Shown here piece after piece: positions 11,339 through 23,182 of a DNA stretch of 64,000 nt (positions within the stretch are counted from its first letter, which is position 1; each line of letters begins with the position of its first letter). Source of the stretch: Zygnema circumcarinatum SAG 698-1b (lineage: Eukaryota > Plantae > Zygnematophyceae); NCBI GenBank assembly GCA_037447605.1, contig CM074817.1, positions 1,240,001 through 1,304,000 of the forward strand. The letters run 5' to 3'. The position numbers and the translations under genes were made by a program. The notes beneath the pieces were generated by a model. That model was not told the origin of the DNA. It saw only the letters and a program-made list of their open reading frames with translations, and made no database searches.

Positions 11339-12002
11339 GCCTCCAGTCTAGGCCCGCTCGCCTCTTGGGAGGGAGGGAAGGAGGGAGGGAGGAAGGGAGG
11401 GGGGGAAGGGTGGGAAAAAGGGAGCGAGGGGACGCAGGGGGGCATGGAAGGCGGTGGTCCCTGCTCGTCAGATTGGTTGCGGGCCCAACATCGGGGCTCA
11501 GTTCAGTTCGTTTTTTGTACAGTGAGAGTGAAATAAGCGGAGAAAGGGAGGCGGAGCAAGTCGTCTGCTTGCTGAACGCTGCAGGGTCGTCAGCAACATC
11601 ACGAGTGCTGCCTTTTTATTTTTGTTTTTGTTCACATTCGTTATTCAGCTTCATGTTCCATGTCAGATCAGTTCAGATCAGGTTAAGGGAAATTTAGACT
11701 GAAGCTGAATAATAATGATTTGTGAAGAGTGACTATTTAGAGCAAGTTTTTGCTCTTCGTTGTCCAGCACAGTTCATGGTCGTTGCGTTTTTTTTGTTCA
11801 GTCCATTGTTTAGTTTTAGTTTCAGTTTTATTCAAGGTCAGTTGTAGTTGAGTCTCTCCCTTGTCAGTTGAGAACTTTGGCTGAAAGTCGCTTTAGCTGC
11901 AAGGCCATCGTCGTCGTCCTCATCGTTCTGTATTTTTTTTGGCGTTTTTGCGCTATTCCATGACGAGTGTCAAACAATTTGAAAATGCCTTTTCTCTCTT
12001 CT

Positions 12003-13130
12003 CGAGATACAATATCGTGTACAGTACAATATCGTTTGCGATACAGTATCGCTCGAGATACAATATCGCTTTTTATAAGATATCTTCTGCGATACTATAT
12101 CGCCACGGATACATTGTGTTATCGATACAATATTGCATGCGATACAGTATTAATTGCGATATACTAGCGTTTGCGATACGATGTCGTCTGCGATACAATC
12201 TCAATTGAGATACAATATCGTTTGCAATACAATACCATTTGCGATACAATATCGTCGCGATGCCGTATGCGATACAGTATCGTTTGCGATACAGCATAGT
12301 CAGCAATACAGTATCGTTTTCCATACAATATCGTCTGTGATACAATAGCGTTTGCGATACAACATCGTCAGGGATACAATATCGTCTGATATACAATATC
12401 GTTTACGATACAATATCAAATTCAATACTCGTCAGCGATACGTTTTCTCGTGAGATAATAATATCGTCTGAGATACAATATTGTCTGAGATACAATAGTG
12501 TATGCGATACAATAGCGTATACGATACAATAGCGTTTGCGATACAACAGCGTTTGCAATACAATACCGTTTTGCGATACAATATCGTTTACGATACATTA
12601 TCGTCTGCAATATAATATTGTTTGCGATACAGTATCGTTTACGATATAGCATAGTCAGATTTACAGTATAAATCGTAAATCGTAAATCGTAAATCGTATC
12701 GTTTACGATATGATATCGTATGAGATAGAATATCGTCTTATACACAATATCTTTAGCGATACACCCTCGTTTACGAACAATATACGTCTGCGATAACAAT
12801 CTCGTTTGCGATACGATATCTTCTGCGATACACTCTTGTTTGAGAGACAATATCGCCTATGACAGAATAGCGTTTGCGATATAGTATTGCAAAACATATT
12901 GTATCACAAACGATATTGCACGATACAATAGTTTCTACGATACAGTATCGTTTGTAATACAGTATCGTTTGAGTGATAATATCGCTAGCGATACAGAAAC
13001 GCGTGCGATATAGTATCTTTTGCGAGTCAGTATTGTTTGCGATATACTATCGTCAGCGATACAATATCGCATGCCAGTATCGCCCACGGTGTAATATCGT
13101 AGACGTCATAATATTGTTGACGATATAGTA
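12003..13130. repeat. ~1.1-kb tandem array of a 17-bp unit, consensus GATACAATATCGTTTGC, internally palindromic (CGATA-caa-TATCG)
   Basis: Roughly 60-65 degenerate units read directly. No unique spacers. Confidence 0.9.
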
Positions 13131-13201
13131 CCGCCATTAGTATAGTGTATCAACCACGATATATGATCGGTATCGAGTATAGTATCGTTATCGATCGCTA
13201 T

Positions 13202-13227
13202 CGATAGTATTGGATTCAATACTATCG
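13202..13227. repeat. Perfect 11-bp hairpin at the end of the 17-bp array
   Basis: CGATAGTATTG-gatt-CAATACTATCG. Confidence 0.85.
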
Positions 13228-13596
13228 TGCGCAGTTCGAATCAATACTATCGTACTCGTTTCGATTCGATAATACCGTGCTCGGTTCCGTTCAATACTGT
13301 CGTTCTTGGAACGATGTATCGACCTTGTTCAGCAAAGACGATATTGCCAACCATTGCCATCCAATGGTTGGTCAGCCAATGGTTGCCGACCATCTACATT
13401 CTCACACTGCCAAAGGTTTTCGAAAAAAAACAATTTTAAGCAAATGGAGCGGAACACATCGACGTGACACACAATCTCTCGAGCGCGACTGGCCCAAAGC
13501 CATCTCCATGAAAACATTTTATTCTGCCTAACCGAACGTTTTGAGTTTTCGGGCAGCCACTTGGCAAAAAAAAAATGGATAAGAGCTCTAGAGAGA

Positions 13597-13631
13597 GCCG
13601 TACTATTCCGTACCATACGGAATAGTACGGC
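13597..13631. repeat. Perfect 16-bp hairpin with 3-nt loop
   Basis: GCCGTACTATTCCGTA-cca-TACGGAATAGTACGGC. Confidence 0.9.
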
Positions 13632-14872
13632 AGCGGATTCAGCGGCAAGCTCTGACCTCATGCCACGTGGCGCCATAAGAGGCCTCCCTCAACCAACCCT
13701 CGGTAGATAACAAGGCATTGATTTAATTTTGGAGCATGTATTAACACAACTCTCCAAACAGTATCGCGTAGCCAAAATCACTTTATGAACAATACTCTTT
13801 GCTCCTTTGGGATACTCCTCTAGGTAATTCTGAAGCACCTCGCTCGAACATGTACCTAACTTTTCTGCTTCAATATCTGAGGCAATACCACGCCGCCCTG
13901 CAACTGTCACGGCTGCAACTATCGACGCGGTGGGCCCCACTTCGGCATCAATAATGTCTCCGTCCTGCCACATGTTCAGACTCGCCCCTTGCGAGCTACC
14001 TCTACCTCCTCCTGATGTTTCTTCAAGTTCCGGGATGCGGACGAGAGCAAGTTGGCATAGGGCGCGGGTTCGATACTCGGCACTGCCACAGAGCAGCGAA
14101 ATTGGAGGGTGAAATTGGCAGATTGGATGTGTACAGGCAGGTGGAAAGTCAATTTTAGCTTCAAAAAGTTGAAGTTAGGACCGAGCTGAAGTCCTCGGTT
14201 TGATTTTAGACTGGTTTGATTTCGCTGTGATGTCTGCATCCCAATGGGTTCGAGAATAGTTTGGGAAAACTGTGGCGCAAGAAAATGCGGTTGGCTACTG
14301 CCTACTGCTGTGCAGAACAGAGGGGGTGGGGTGGGGGGGGTAGAGGTTCGTCATTTAAGGATGAGGAAGAGGAGCAGCGAGAGCAGGGAGAGGAGAGAGC
14401 AGGCCTCAAAGAAGATGATATGCTGCTGATATGCGCAAGAGTGGGCGCTTAATTAGACTATAGACCTAAGTGTGTCGCATTCAATCAATTGTCAAGAATA
14501 GCAAGTCAAGAATAACACGGCAATGCCTTGTGAATGACTTAATACTACAGCATCACGCAATGGATGAATCTAAGCGTTCTCAGCCAGCCTCATTGATTAA
14601 TATTGACTGCAGAAACCTGCCCATTACTAAAAGTTTTCTCTTCTTCCCGGAACAGTAAGTGCTAAAGCGAGCTAGAAACAAAAAAGCAAAGTAAAAGTAT
14701 ACAGGCATGCTGATGCAGCAGCCACCCTTTATTCGCAACCCTCGTGCTTCAACGCCATAGCCGTGACTCCCATTAGGTCTCCCCTGCCACCTGAGTCCAG
14801 GTAATGGCTTGATCCCCCCCCCCTCCCTCTCTCGCTCTCTCTCTTCCTCTCGCTCCCCCACCTCTTCCCCCC

Positions 14873-14998
<126 letters not shown>

Positions 14999-15628
14999 AA
15001 GCACAGCGCGATTCTTATTCGGAGCCAGCGGGTCCCTCAGTCCTAGAGCCCCTCCTGGTCCCCCACGTCCCCAAGAGACTCCACCATTTCCTGCACAGCG
15101 GTCACATCCAAAGGGCCGCATCACTCACCACTTGCAGTAGTAGTAAAGGGGGGCAAGGGATGCAGGAAAAATAAGATCTCTTCACAACTAACAGCTGCAT
15201 ATCTCCCTGTTGCTCGCCCTGATCCATCTCTCCTCTACGTGCAAATTCAAAGCAGAAGTATCGTGACAAATGTCACATACGCACTGCAGTGTCGTCAACA
15301 TGCCAGTAAACAAAAGTCTGATTGATACACCACCCAACTTTTTAGGGCTTTTTTGAACAACCTCGAACCATCCTCCCAACCAGCCAATGTATTGACCCAA
15401 ATGATGCAAAAGACTGCGAAGAAGGGAAAGGTCAACATCAGGACGGTCAATTACCCTACGGTCAAGAAGGTGACGGTCAACGCCGCCGCCGCCGCCGCCG
15501 CCGCTTGACCGACGGCGGCCCCGCCTTGCAAGCTTCCCTCTAAAGAGCCGCCATGGCTTCCTTCCGGCAGGAACCGTGAAGCTCTGTCAGCAGCTCCGCC
15601 TCCTTCCCGGCCCGACCAAAGGGCAGCT

Positions 15629-17134
15629 ATGGCTGCAAGCCCCTCCTTCAGGAGACGATTGAATCGCACCACGGCCATGGCCTTGGCGGCCATGGCTGCG
15701 ATTTTACAATATCATGTCGCAGAGACCTCCGCTGTTGACATGTCCTCTGGCGAGATTTTTGTTCCCGGAAAATATGAAGTGAATATGGTGGTGATAGATG
15801 CGGGAGGAAGTACGGGAGAGGTCGCGCCGCCAAAGACTCTGCTTGTGGCTGCGCCTGCGGCTGGAGGGCCCTTTCCTGTAGTGCAGTTCCAGCATGGGTT
15901 CTCCTTGCAGGCGAAATTTTACTCACAGCTCATAACGCATGTTGCTTCACATGGCTTCATTATGGTGGCGCCGCAGGTGGGATTTGCGACCAATAATCCA
16001 TCTTTCATGCACTTTGCATCATGCATGCATCATGGACAGCATGCATGCACAAGCGCATTTTTAGGGTTTGGAGTTTCTATGGATTGCTTGCTTTTGAGTC
16101 CCGCATCTTTCCTTTCTCTGGGCTGGAAGCAGCGGCAGGCTTAGCATTGGAAGTTCGTCTTGAAAAGTGCAAAGTCGAGATGCGCTTCATTTATGCGAAC
16201 ACATGATTGTCTTTGCATTCACACGAAGGGTCCCCTCTACAGCAGCAGCAGCGTCCAATTCGTTATCTAAGCCGTGCAGCCTTGCATGCGCATTCATTCA
16301 GTCCTATTACATCAAAACTACTACTACTACTCCTGCAGCTGCCCCCCCCAATCACATACTAAACTTTTTCCACATCCTCTGCAGATGTACAGCGGCATCA
16401 CAGCCGCCAGCGCTGTCCAAGAAATCAAGGATGCAGCAGCAATTTTGCAGTGGATTCGCCTCCATCTGACTGAATCCCTCCGTCTTAGAAATTCTACTGC
16501 ACCCGATCTTACAAGAGTAGCCATAGCCGGGCACAGCCGCGGAGGAAAGGTTTCATACGGCGTTGCCTTATTGAGCAAAGCAATGGATCCACCGTTGAAT
16601 ATATCAGCTCTCGTCTTAATAGACCCTGTGGATGGCTTAAGCGACAATACACAAACTCAACCTCCCATTTTGGTTTACGGAAACCATTCACTGAACTTAC
16701 CGCATCCGACCTTCGTGATAGGGACCGGCCTTGGATCAGTAAAGGCAAGCCTTCTTTCCAGTGCTTGTGTGCCCAAAAACATGGGACATGCCAACTTTTA
16801 TGCTGACAGTGGGGCTCCGGCATATCACTTTGTGGCCGTTGATTTCGGCCATATGGATGTTCTTGACGATCAGACGGGTGGAGCTTTTGGCTGGGCCACA
16901 TACTTCCTTTGTAAGAACGGTCCAAACAGAAAGGATATGCGCGGATATGCAGGCGGGCTGATGGTTGCCTTCTTGAAGTCGGCGCTGCTTCAAGTGGAGG
17001 ACGATTTGAATGATGCAATTGGTAATTATACTGCAGCTCCAATTCGCGTAGACCCCCCAGAGACTTACTTTGTTGAAAAGGACTTACAGTTACAAAAAGA
17101 GCCTGCTCCAACGGAGGTGGTGGGCAGTGTATAG
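15629..17134 (+). CDS. CLH: Chlorophyllase (alpha/beta hydrolase), exons 15629-15976 and 16385-17134
   Basis: FPVVQFQHGF..., FYSQLITHVASHGFIMVAPQ, nucleophile elbow GHSRGGK, IDPVDG, FGHMDVLDD. GT-AG intron in phase 0. Confidence 0.93.
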
Positions 17135-18251
17135 TTTCCAACTAGAATCGAAAAGTTTGTGGTTTTGATACTGATGCTGTTTTCTTCCAACTGTTTCGTT
17201 ATACCGTGCGTCAAAACCTAATCAAAGAACTATCCTCAACGGGTTTGGGTTGAAGACTGTCCTGAACAGGGACAGATATGTCTTTTGCATGTTGGTTTCA
17301 TACTTGTTATGTTGGTGGCGGTACATGAGCACAAGAAGCAATCATAGTTTTAGTCTGCTAGAAGAATATTCTGAGAACAAATGCACTTCATTCAGCCGGC
17401 TGTTGTGACCCTGCAGGAGCTCTAACCTCAAAGAGCTCGTGAACACAATAAGAATGATTATTTAAAAGGTAAAGAGCACCACTTCAGCACTTGCAGATCA
17501 AGTCTCGACTCAAGGAAATAAAGTAAGAAGAAGACGAAGAAGAAGGAAGTTATTTTGTTTCATTAAAAGTATCACAATCTTACTCACAAGCGTACACCCT
17601 TGTGTAGAGTTTGCATGGAAAACGAGATTGGTAGAAGGGTGACTGCTTTATTAGGCTATTTCCAGTACAAAAAAGTTTCAGTCAAACCTCCTGAGATCTC
17701 CATTGTACTCTTTTTTTTCAGCTGACAATTGGTTCTTGCTGATCGGCAAAGCACCTACGGCAGGACTGTAATTAAGGAAGCTGCCATCACCTGCGCTCAC
17801 TCAAGTTCCCGCAAAGCTAGACGGTCTCTCCTCCCATAATATGTACAGAGTCGAGAGGCATGATTTCTCCACAGCCTACTTCAGGAGCACTAATCTCAAA
17901 ATTAAACCTACTTGCTCTGTCCTGACTGCTGCAGTAAATGTGCGCTTTCTTCCACTGCTTTGCAATGAAAAACTCCTCTCAATATCTGAGTCCCCTTATA
18001 CACTATACACAGTGGCTTCATTGCCCTCAGCATGCTTACAACTAGGAGTCCTCAAAAAAGGTTCATAGCTGCTTATCCACCAGCAGAAAAAAAAAACATT
18101 TCTCAAGTTATAAGCAGACTATAAGTCGCCACCAATGAGCCAATTCTCCCACGGTAACCTTCTAGACAGAAAAGTGCCTCGACGTCGCCTTCCTCCCTTT
18201 CCAAGGGAAGGCAAATTCTCCGAACAGGAAAGTACTCGCTCGTATGACAGC

Positions 18252-18971
18252 TCATACATAGAAAATGTCGTTGAATACAACAGGAATCTGTTCTTCAGGA
18301 AGGGATTGCACGCTTCTCCGACTCCTTGATCTGAACAAACTTCCGACTGCCAATAGCAGCACCCCCAAGCAGCATATTGCCAGCAAGGGCGGGCCCAGCA
18401 TTGTCAAATAACGCCCCAATTGGATCGCAGAATTGGAAGATGAGAGGAACTGGAAGACAGCCATGTCGAGCTGCATCCACAGCGAGTGGAAGACCCTCTC
18501 AACACTGCCAGCGGAGGACAGGAAGCTCCCTGCCCACCCCATGGCTGCCATATTCTCACCGGCGCCTGCAGCTTGAAGGCACGCAAGGATAAGAAGACCA
18601 GGCGTGTAAAGTCCGCCCCTCCCTATGCCTCCTGCTGCTGCACCTCTCATACTGCTGCTGCTGTTGATTTTCGAAAAGATAGAACTGCCGGAAGGAGATG
18701 ACGGAGAGGAGGTGTAAGTCGAGGAAGGACAGAGGAACGGGCAGGACATCTCGCATAAGGGAGGGGGCTTTCCCATCTGCCTTTGTTGCTCTCTACAAGA
18801 ACCCTCCTGTGACCTCTCCCTCTGCACTCCTGAGCAGCCTGCCGGTTCACTTTCCTGCATTCCCCGATACCAGCGCGCGTCTTCCTGTTCTGCAGCAGGA
18901 GAAGAACAGGAGGAGGTGAAGGAGGAGGAGCCGGAGGACGAGGAGGAGGAGGAAGGCGACCAAAATTCCAT
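18252..18971 (-). CDS. Orphan 239-aa ORF with Ser-rich N-terminus and hydrophobic segments in the C-terminal half
   Basis: Longest ORF in the region. TM-like LGPPLLAICCLGVLLLAVGSLF followed by RSRSRR. TATA-like TATTAAA at 19026-19020 and three ERSE-like elements directly upstream. Possible GT donor at the ORF end. Confidence 0.5.
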   Translation of the reverse strand: MEFWSPSSSSSSSGSSSFTSSCSSPAAEQEDARWYRGMQESEPAGCSGVQRERSQEGSCREQQRQMGKPPPLCEMSCPFLCPSSTYTSSPSSPSGSSIFSKINSSSSMRGAAAGGIGRGGLYTPGLLILACLQAAGAGENMAAMGWAGSFLSSAGSVERVFHSLWMQLDMAVFQFLSSSNSAIQLGRYLTMLGPPLLAICCLGVLLLAVGSLFRSRSRRSVQSLPEEQIPVVFNDIFYV

Positions 18972-19071
18972 GGCTTCAAGACTTCAGGATTTGCAGGGGC
19001 TCCAACTCCTAGCAAGCACTTTAATAGTCAAGGGTGGGCTGTTCATCTAGCGTCCCTATTGAAGGCATCCG

Positions 19072-19177
19072 CCAATCCTGGCTCGGCACGTAAGCATTGT
19101 GTCCAGCGTAGCGATAGCACCCGCCAATCCGAGTTCGCCACGTAAACACTTTGTCTGGTGTGGCGAGCTCTGATTGG
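19072..19177. promoter_or_regulatory. Cluster of three ERSE-I-like elements
   Basis: CCAAT-cctggctcg-GCACG (19072-19090). CCAAT-ccgagttcg-CCACG (19124-19142, perfect). Reverse-strand CCAAT-cagagctcg-CCACA (19159-19177). Confidence 0.7.
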
Positions 19178-21021
19178 ACGGTGCGGTACTGGCTCTTATC
19201 TCGCGGAACGTGAAGGGAACGTTTGGAGCCTGACGCTTGCGCCGCCACGTGGCGCCCGCGGTAGCTGCAGGGCTCCTTCGCGCACCCTGTCGTGGCGCCG
19301 CTCTGACGTCGTACAAAAACCGACGGTCCATATTTGAAGTCAACACCTGCGAAATTCTTTCAACGGGTAGATATGCGCCACGTGACAAGCTGAAACTGGC
19401 GTGACGTCGCACTGGGCTAAGAAACAAAATGAAAGGGGAAATCGACTCGACGGTCGTGAGTCGTTTGAGGGCGCTGTGGACGGTCGAGGACCGTCCGATG
19501 AGATCCGGAACCCCTTGCGGGCGCCCCGCGGCAGGGTTTTGGAGGGCGCCGTGGCGTGCGCACGAAGCTTCCGCGAGGAGTGCCCAGCGTGCCGAAGGCG
19601 TCATCGTGACATCGCGTGACGCACCGCCCAATAAGGACGTTGATGCCCCGTATCGCGATACTGTATCGGGATATTCCACTGCCGTGCTTCCAGGAAGCTT
19701 GCAATGATAGTCTTATTCCTGACGTCGCACGGTGGCGAAACAATGGACGGCGCAGATTCGATCCTTTCAAATGTGCTCACGTGTGGCGACTAATGACCGT
19801 CCAATTGGGAGACAAAGCCTTGAAGCAAATGACGTTGGGCGTTATGTGTTGTCAAGTTGCGTATTTTGTGGTCTAGAAATCGACGGTTTGAAATGTTTTG
19901 TGAGTCGTGTGCAGATTTCAGCCGTCCGATTAGATTTGGTGACCCGCGGGTTTGGAAGGTGCAGTGTTGGTATAGCGAAGTTGCCTGGAAATAGTTGTTA
20001 TGACGCCACGTGACATCTCACACTTTGTCCAGTTGGACGGAGATCGGCAGATCGCTGGTGTCCGTACAGTAATCGCGATATTATCCCAAGATATTTGTGG
20101 ACGTTGTGGACGTTATATCGGGATAATATCGTCAGGTCCACTACTGTACGAAATTCTGTGATTTCTTACGGTCAACTACGAACGGCGTCAAGTCACAGAA
20201 ACTGCAGAGCCGTTGTGAGCCGTACGAAGCAGGTCTAGCTCTATGTTCAAGATTTGCGTGAACTGACGCCGGCATCATACATAAAACGAGGGCCTCGGGG
20301 GACCGTTTACATGCCAGTTTGTTCCAACGCTACGGATGTTTTCCTGCAGAACAGCTCCATATGAACGGTCTGAAAGTTGGAAAACCGGTGAGTGCGAAGA
20401 CCGGAAAACCTAAAACCTTTCGACTTCGAGTTTCGAAAAGTTTTTGGATAGCGCATCCGCACCCGAATAAGAAAGTGGGGGTTCCGGGCACCCGTAGACC
20501 TACCGACCAGACGTAGCCACGTCGCCCATGGCACCCTGCCCACTTGTCCCCACGAGCAGCCTCAAATTTTCTTCATACACAGCACCGTTTAGAGTTGGGT
20601 TTCTCTGAATGCAACATGGACGCCTTATGGCATACAGTCTGTGCCAATTTCTGGTAATTCCAAGAAGGAGCGTAATGGGTACTTTGCAAAGGCGAAATTT
20701 CAAGCACGTACAATAAGGCCAACCCACATTCCCCCGTCAATCAACGACTTCTGAGGGGTGCCATACACCCCTTCCATGTCATTTTTAGACAGTAAAACCA
20801 CCTTCAAGAATAAAGTTATCTACCTGCTAGGAATGGGTTGAATGTCAGATGATTTGAACGCTTTGCGCGATCGGTTTGCTCATAAGACTGCAGCCTTCCC
20901 TCTGACTGCAATGCTGCTGCTGTTCTGCTTAGTACGTGACCAAGGTAACTTCACACCTCACCTACAACTGAGCTCCCGATAGATGTCCATCATTTCTCTT
21001 AACTCATGGCATATTTTACTT

Positions 21022-22668
21022 CTACTCTTCCGCCTCATCAGGAGCAACTAGCTCAATATAGGCCATTGGAGCATTATCCCCTCTCCTTGGCATCGTTCGT
21101 GTGATCTTTGTGTATCCTCCATTCCTGGTGCCATATGACTTCGGCACTTCTGAGAACATGTTTGTCACAACCTGTTTGTCATAAATGAAACCCAGAGCTT
21201 GTCGCCGATGATGAAGGGAACCCCCCTTTGCAAGAGTGATCATGTGGTCAACATGCTTCCGAATAGCTTTAGCTCGGGCCTCAGTCGTCATTATCTTTCC
21301 ATGTCTCAATAGTTCAGTAGTGAGACCCCTTACAAGTGCCTTCCGCTGGTCAGCAGGACGTCCAAGACGAGGAACTCTCTTTGCGTGCCGCATGGCAAAC
21401 CATCTCGTACCGTTGGAGACAAGTGAAGTAATTTCTTCAGCAGCAGACTCTGCAAAATTATCCGATATAGAAACAGCGATACACACAATCAGAGCGAAGC
21501 AAAAGTGAGACAGACGGTTTCATGGTCAGCAAACGATAACCTAGTAGTTCCCAAAGGAGTAGAATGCGAAAAAGGGACGAAGGGGAGATGGGTTGAACAA
21601 CAATGAAAGGAAGGAAAGGAGGAAATGCCAGCAGAGTTCTGGGACGACAATGTGAAATAAAAGTGGCAGAAGAAGAAGAAAAGGAGGAAGAAGAAGAAGA
21701 AAAGGAAGAGGAGGGAGGAGGGGAGAAGCGACATGGCAGCCAAGTGCAAGAAAAAACCGAGATGGCACGCAGGCAGAAAGGAGTGATGTTTGGAAGCGAA
21801 ATTGGGGGCAAAAAAGCGCGAAGAAACGAACAATGGAGGCAAAACGAAGGGACACTAAAACGAAAGGGACATCAAGCGGGAGGTTAACTTGAGGAGAGAA
21901 AAGGAAGAGGCAGGACAAGGGCAGTGTCATCCTAGCGCATAATGTGCCAACAGAATTCGCGACAGCAGACACCTGATTCGGGGAACCCTAATCGGGACAC
22001 ATCACATCCACCCATCTATCTTGGCTTTTCCTTAAAAAATAGAGCATTAACTAATGCCGGAAACGAGCAGAGGCTCAGGCCAAGGAAGTTGCAAATTACC
22101 AATGACGCCAAACGAAATTCCCCCCCCCTAGTGAAAGGGATCTCTTTTGCAGAAGATGACGCTGCCTATCAAGCAAGAGTGAATCGCTCAATCATCTCGG
22201 AAGGAGAAATCGCGCGGCATTGACAGGAACTAATCCGGATAAACAAACGTAGTAGCACACATTAACAAAACCCTAAACGGAAGACGAGGCATGCAAAAGC
22301 GCTTGCCCGTACAAAATTACTAGATTACTGATTCCAATACAACCACCTCCAAGACCTTCTGACTCATTAACAGCACTCGAAGGCTCCAGCTACAGCATCC
22401 ACATTATAACTTCGCTGGCCTCGTTTTCGAGTTCTGCCGGCCATATATGTCATTCCAAGTACTCACCTGCCTTCAAGCCGAGAGGATTTCCCCGTTGAAG
22501 CCCTGCGAATTCGAAATTCTTCAGGCTTTGAGGCAGCGACTTGCGCAGAACTGGAGATTGGACGGCCACGCCGCCGCTTCTGCACGACGAGAGCGACAAC
22601 GAATGCTGTGCGAGGCCGGCGGAGGGGAGAGCAGCTTGCAGAGCAGCCATGGAGAAGGTCGCCGCCAT
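21022..22668 (-). CDS. RPL17: Nuclear-encoded plastid 50S ribosomal protein L17, exons 22668-22467 (transit peptide) and 21449-21022
   Basis: [43 protein letters not shown]...[26 protein letters not shown]. Ala/Ser-rich first exon. Phase-1 GT-AG intron giving 210 codons. Confidence 0.93.
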
Positions 22669-23155
22669 GGCTGCCCTTAGCCTTGCAGGAGCGGCAGCAG
22701 CCCTTATCCTCAAAAGTCGTAGTGGAGGGAGAAGCAGGGTGAGGGGAAACTTGCTTTGGAACCGGCAAGGACCAGAATTGTGAATAACATTGAATTTTTC
22801 CCTGCCCGGGAACCTCCTCTACAAAAAACGGGCAGAAATAAAAGTAGGCAGTAAAGTAAAATTGTAAAGTAATGTAAATAATATTGAATTTATAAGGCGA
22901 CCTTAAATCCAAAAAAAATTGGACGGACGAAAAAAAACCTTTTGGAAGGGAAAAATAAGCTAAGGTCAGCAGACCGGATAAGAATTTCACGTGACGTGAC
23001 ACATGATTGTAGAAGATCGTGGCCGTCCAAAATGTTCACGATCAAACGACAGCCGTCCGATGTCACTTAAATTTTCCAACAAAAAAAAAATTGAGACCTA
23101 AGGCTGGCCTCTTGCTTTGCCTGCAAGTTCTGGAGGCTCCTTCAGGGAGCAAAAA

Positions 23156-23164
23156 TTAGGGTTT
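23156..23164 (+). promoter_or_regulatory. Telo-box (TTAGGGTTT) just upstream of the U2AF35 ATG; further copies at 22268-22276, 38637-38645, 55783-55791, 63973-63981
   Basis: Exact AAACCCTAA/TTAGGGTTT matches near the 5' ends of RPL17, U2AF35, H4 and MYND genes. Telo-boxes are known plant promoter elements. Confidence 0.5.
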
Positions 23165-23182
23165 GGAAGTTCTGGAGGAGCC

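Noticed and set aside
12003-13130. CRISPR-like palindromic repeat array
   Set aside because: Units are contiguous with no unique spacers, no cas genes are present, and the context is eukaryotic.
13581-13631. Helitron 3' terminus (hairpin plus CTAG on the minus strand)
   Set aside because: CTAG is only 5 nt from the hairpin and is not followed by T, and no matching 5' TC end was identified. Kept only as a hairpin.
13689-14239. Retroelement or chromodomain remnant
   Set aside because: Only vague similarity, with many stops and no RT, RNase H or integrase motif.
16509-17141. Long antisense ORFs over real genes (also 10507-11097, 24771-25316, 34627-35136, 41171-41539)
   Set aside because: They are shadow ORFs of coding exons on the opposite strand.
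18647-19015. bZIP basic-region-like NRQAAQECRGR in an alternative frame
   Set aside because: No leucine heptads follow and no convincing splice to a zipper was found. Probably chance.
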